Positions 44,853 through 46,357 of a DNA stretch of 46,357 nucleotides are shown here, piece by piece. The notes under the pieces are model-generated. The model was not told the DNA's origin, searched no databases, and saw only the letters and a program-made list of their open reading frames with translations. Every line of letters starts with the position of its first letter. Position 1 is the stretch's first letter. The position numbers and the translations under genes are program-made. Origin of the DNA: a bacterium (GTDB lineage: Bacteria > Patescibacteriota > Saccharimonadia > Saccharimonadales > Saccharimonadaceae); assembly GCA_030429935.1 (NCBI GenBank), contig JAUIGH010000001.1, positions 1-46,357 on the forward strand. Direction: 5' to 3'.

Positions 44853-45629
44853 ATGGAAAGGAAATCACTACCGAGAGGTAGTTTGGTCATCACGGCCATC
44901 GCTGCCGCCATCTTGTGCGTACTAGCGCTGGTAGTCATGCCTGATGCGACCCGATTGTGGGCCGTGTCAGAGTTGGGAGTTCTCACTGCTAATCGGCTTA
45001 GGGCGTTCTATTACGTTCTAGGTTGCGTGTTCGGTCTTTTGGGCGTCGCATCCGGTTTCTTGCTGGTCAAACAGCATATCACCGATCGACGCAACGAAGC
45101 GGCTGAACGACGAGAGCGTGAGAACCCGTACAGGTTACCTGCCCGGACAGAGACAGATCCGCACATCATCCGAGACGGCTTGACGAGGGTTGCTGATAGG
45201 CATCCTGATGCACAAGACAGCATCGATCAGGTGCACGAGATGCTCGATTCCACAGATAGAGATCTCGCATCTATCGAGCAAATTTTTGCGGTAAACGTCG
45301 GAGTAGTAACCGATGGTGATCCGATGTTTAAGTTCGCGGTATACGAAGAGCTCGTGACGCGAATTCAACAGGGCATGTATGCAGAGCTTGTGACCGTCAT
45401 CTACGCTGGTCACACTGCAAACTCTGCAGATTATGTCCTTGATGCCGTCTCGGAATATACACAGCGCAACCAGCATCAGGCGGAAGCTATCCATACGCTG
45501 GCGCTAGAGACTGCTCGGCTCGTGCCGCAAGTCAAGGACGACAAGCAGCTGCAACAGCAAGCGAGCAAGCAACTCAAGCAACTCCTGCAAAACCTGTCGA
45601 GCAACAACCCCCGAAAGGAATCAGCATGA
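44853..45629 (+). CDS. hypothetical membrane protein
   Basis: GAGGAGG RBS 5 nt before ATG 44853. Two N-terminal TM segments, then a helical soluble part. Confidence 0.5.
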   Translation: MERKSLPRGSLVITAIAAAILCVLALVVMPDATRLWAVSELGVLTANRLRAFYYVLGCVFGLLGVASGFLLVKQHITDRRNEAAERRERENPYRLPARTETDPHIIRDGLTRVADRHPDAQDSIDQVHEMLDSTDRDLASIEQIFAVNVGVVTDGDPMFKFAVYEELVTRIQQGMYAELVTVIYAGHTANSADYVLDAVSEYTQRNQHQAEAIHTLALETARLVPQVKDDKQLQQQASKQLKQLLQNLSSNNPRKESA

Positions 45630-46333
45630 AACGCATTTCGGCAATCAGCAGTCTACTGACACTGTCGGTATTGGCTGCTTGTAGTTCGGCGGTCAGTGAC
45701 CCGGCAGAGGTCCTGACCTATGATGAAGCTGTCGAGCAGGTCAACGCCTATGTCGAGTCCGACAAGGTTGAATACACGAGGATGGCGCACGAGCCCGACA
45801 ACAGTTGGGTTGGTGTCGACACGTCTGTGACTGATCTGCCAGACATCGAGAACTATCCGCTCAGTGTCGAAGGCCGTGGCGACATCGTCGTCACGATCGC
45901 CTCGTCGACTGAAAAGTCACATGTGAACGGTGATCGTTGGTTCGATCGGATGGCCGAGGAGTTCAACGACTCTGGAGTCACGATCGATGGGCGCAGCGTT
46001 GCGGTATCCATCCAGCCGATGGCATCTGGGGTGGCGCACGAGTACATCACGTCGGGAGCGTACATTCCTGATGCTGTCAGTCCGTCCAACGAACTGTGGC
46101 TGCCTCTCATCGAGGCATCCGGCGTGGAGACTCTCATGATTCAGGATCGACTGGCAGGTAACACTGCCGGCATTCTGATGTCCGATGAAGTTCACGCTCA
46201 GTTCGTCGAGAGCTACGGAGCGGTCACCGTCGAGTCAGCTATTGACGCCGTCATGGCCGGTGATTTGACGCCGGTGACCGAAGCGCTGATCGAATACGAC
46301 CGTGATCAACTCCGCGGAGACATGATTGATTAA
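45626..46333 (+). CDS. putative lipoprotein
   Basis: Signal peptide with lipobox LSVLAACSS. The start overlaps the upstream stop (ATGA). Confidence 0.6.
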   Translation: MKRISAISSLLTLSVLAACSSAVSDPAEVLTYDEAVEQVNAYVESDKVEYTRMAHEPDNSWVGVDTSVTDLPDIENYPLSVEGRGDIVVTIASSTEKSHVNGDRWFDRMAEEFNDSGVTIDGRSVAVSIQPMASGVAHEYITSGAYIPDAVSPSNELWLPLIEASGVETLMIQDRLAGNTAGILMSDEVHAQFVESYGAVTVESAIDAVMAGDLTPVTEALIEYDRDQLRGDMID

Positions 46334-46357
46334 ATGGCTGATACACAAACGTCCGAT

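Overview
This is a 46.4-kb bacterial window that uses the standard genetic code; TGA is used as a stop. The backbone (1-13.3 kb and about 31.3-46.4 kb) is moderately GC-rich housekeeping DNA. It holds the end of the atp operon (atpD-atpC), a CPA1 cation/proton antiporter, Dus, two tRNAs and a UvrD-type helicase-nuclease. It also holds a polysaccharide deacetylase + processive GT2 pair, an ABC-2 exporter, MTHFS, an AI-2E permease, cysS, a DHH/DHHA1 phosphoesterase, Nudix hydrolases, dnaX-ybaB-recR, dnaB and a GT39-like membrane glycosyltransferase. The gene set and its divergence suggest a small-genome organism with a Gram-positive-type envelope, possibly Patescibacteria/Saccharibacteria-like, but that is only a guess. 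Highlight 1: a visibly AT-richer island of about 16.8 kb (13326-30148) sits in the 3' end of tRNA-Gln and is bounded by an exact 17-nt repeat of the tRNA 3' end. It carries a compact, translationally coupled NRPS locus: FAD oxidoreductase, DUF2087, GNAT, a 1981-aa A-T-C-A-T-E synthetase, a 949-aa C-T-C protein, an Sfp-type PPTase and a convergent HDAC-family amidohydrolase. There is no thioesterase, one carrier domain has no adenylation partner, and several catalytic motifs are non-canonical. The locus is flanked by decayed genes and by a nested high-GC gene. Highlight 2: a GC-rich structured repeat of about 230 nt occurs twice. One copy is in frame inside the helicase gene and one fills the AI-2E/cysS intergenic gap; compensatory base changes preserve two helices. 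Smaller observations: an unassigned GC-rich structured region next to a tRNA whose anticodon reads ACC, an A7 slippery run in dnaX, a 58-aa LPXTG-like mini-peptide behind a near-consensus promoter, and degenerate motifs in cysS and recR. No CRISPR array, rRNA or intact transposase was seen.
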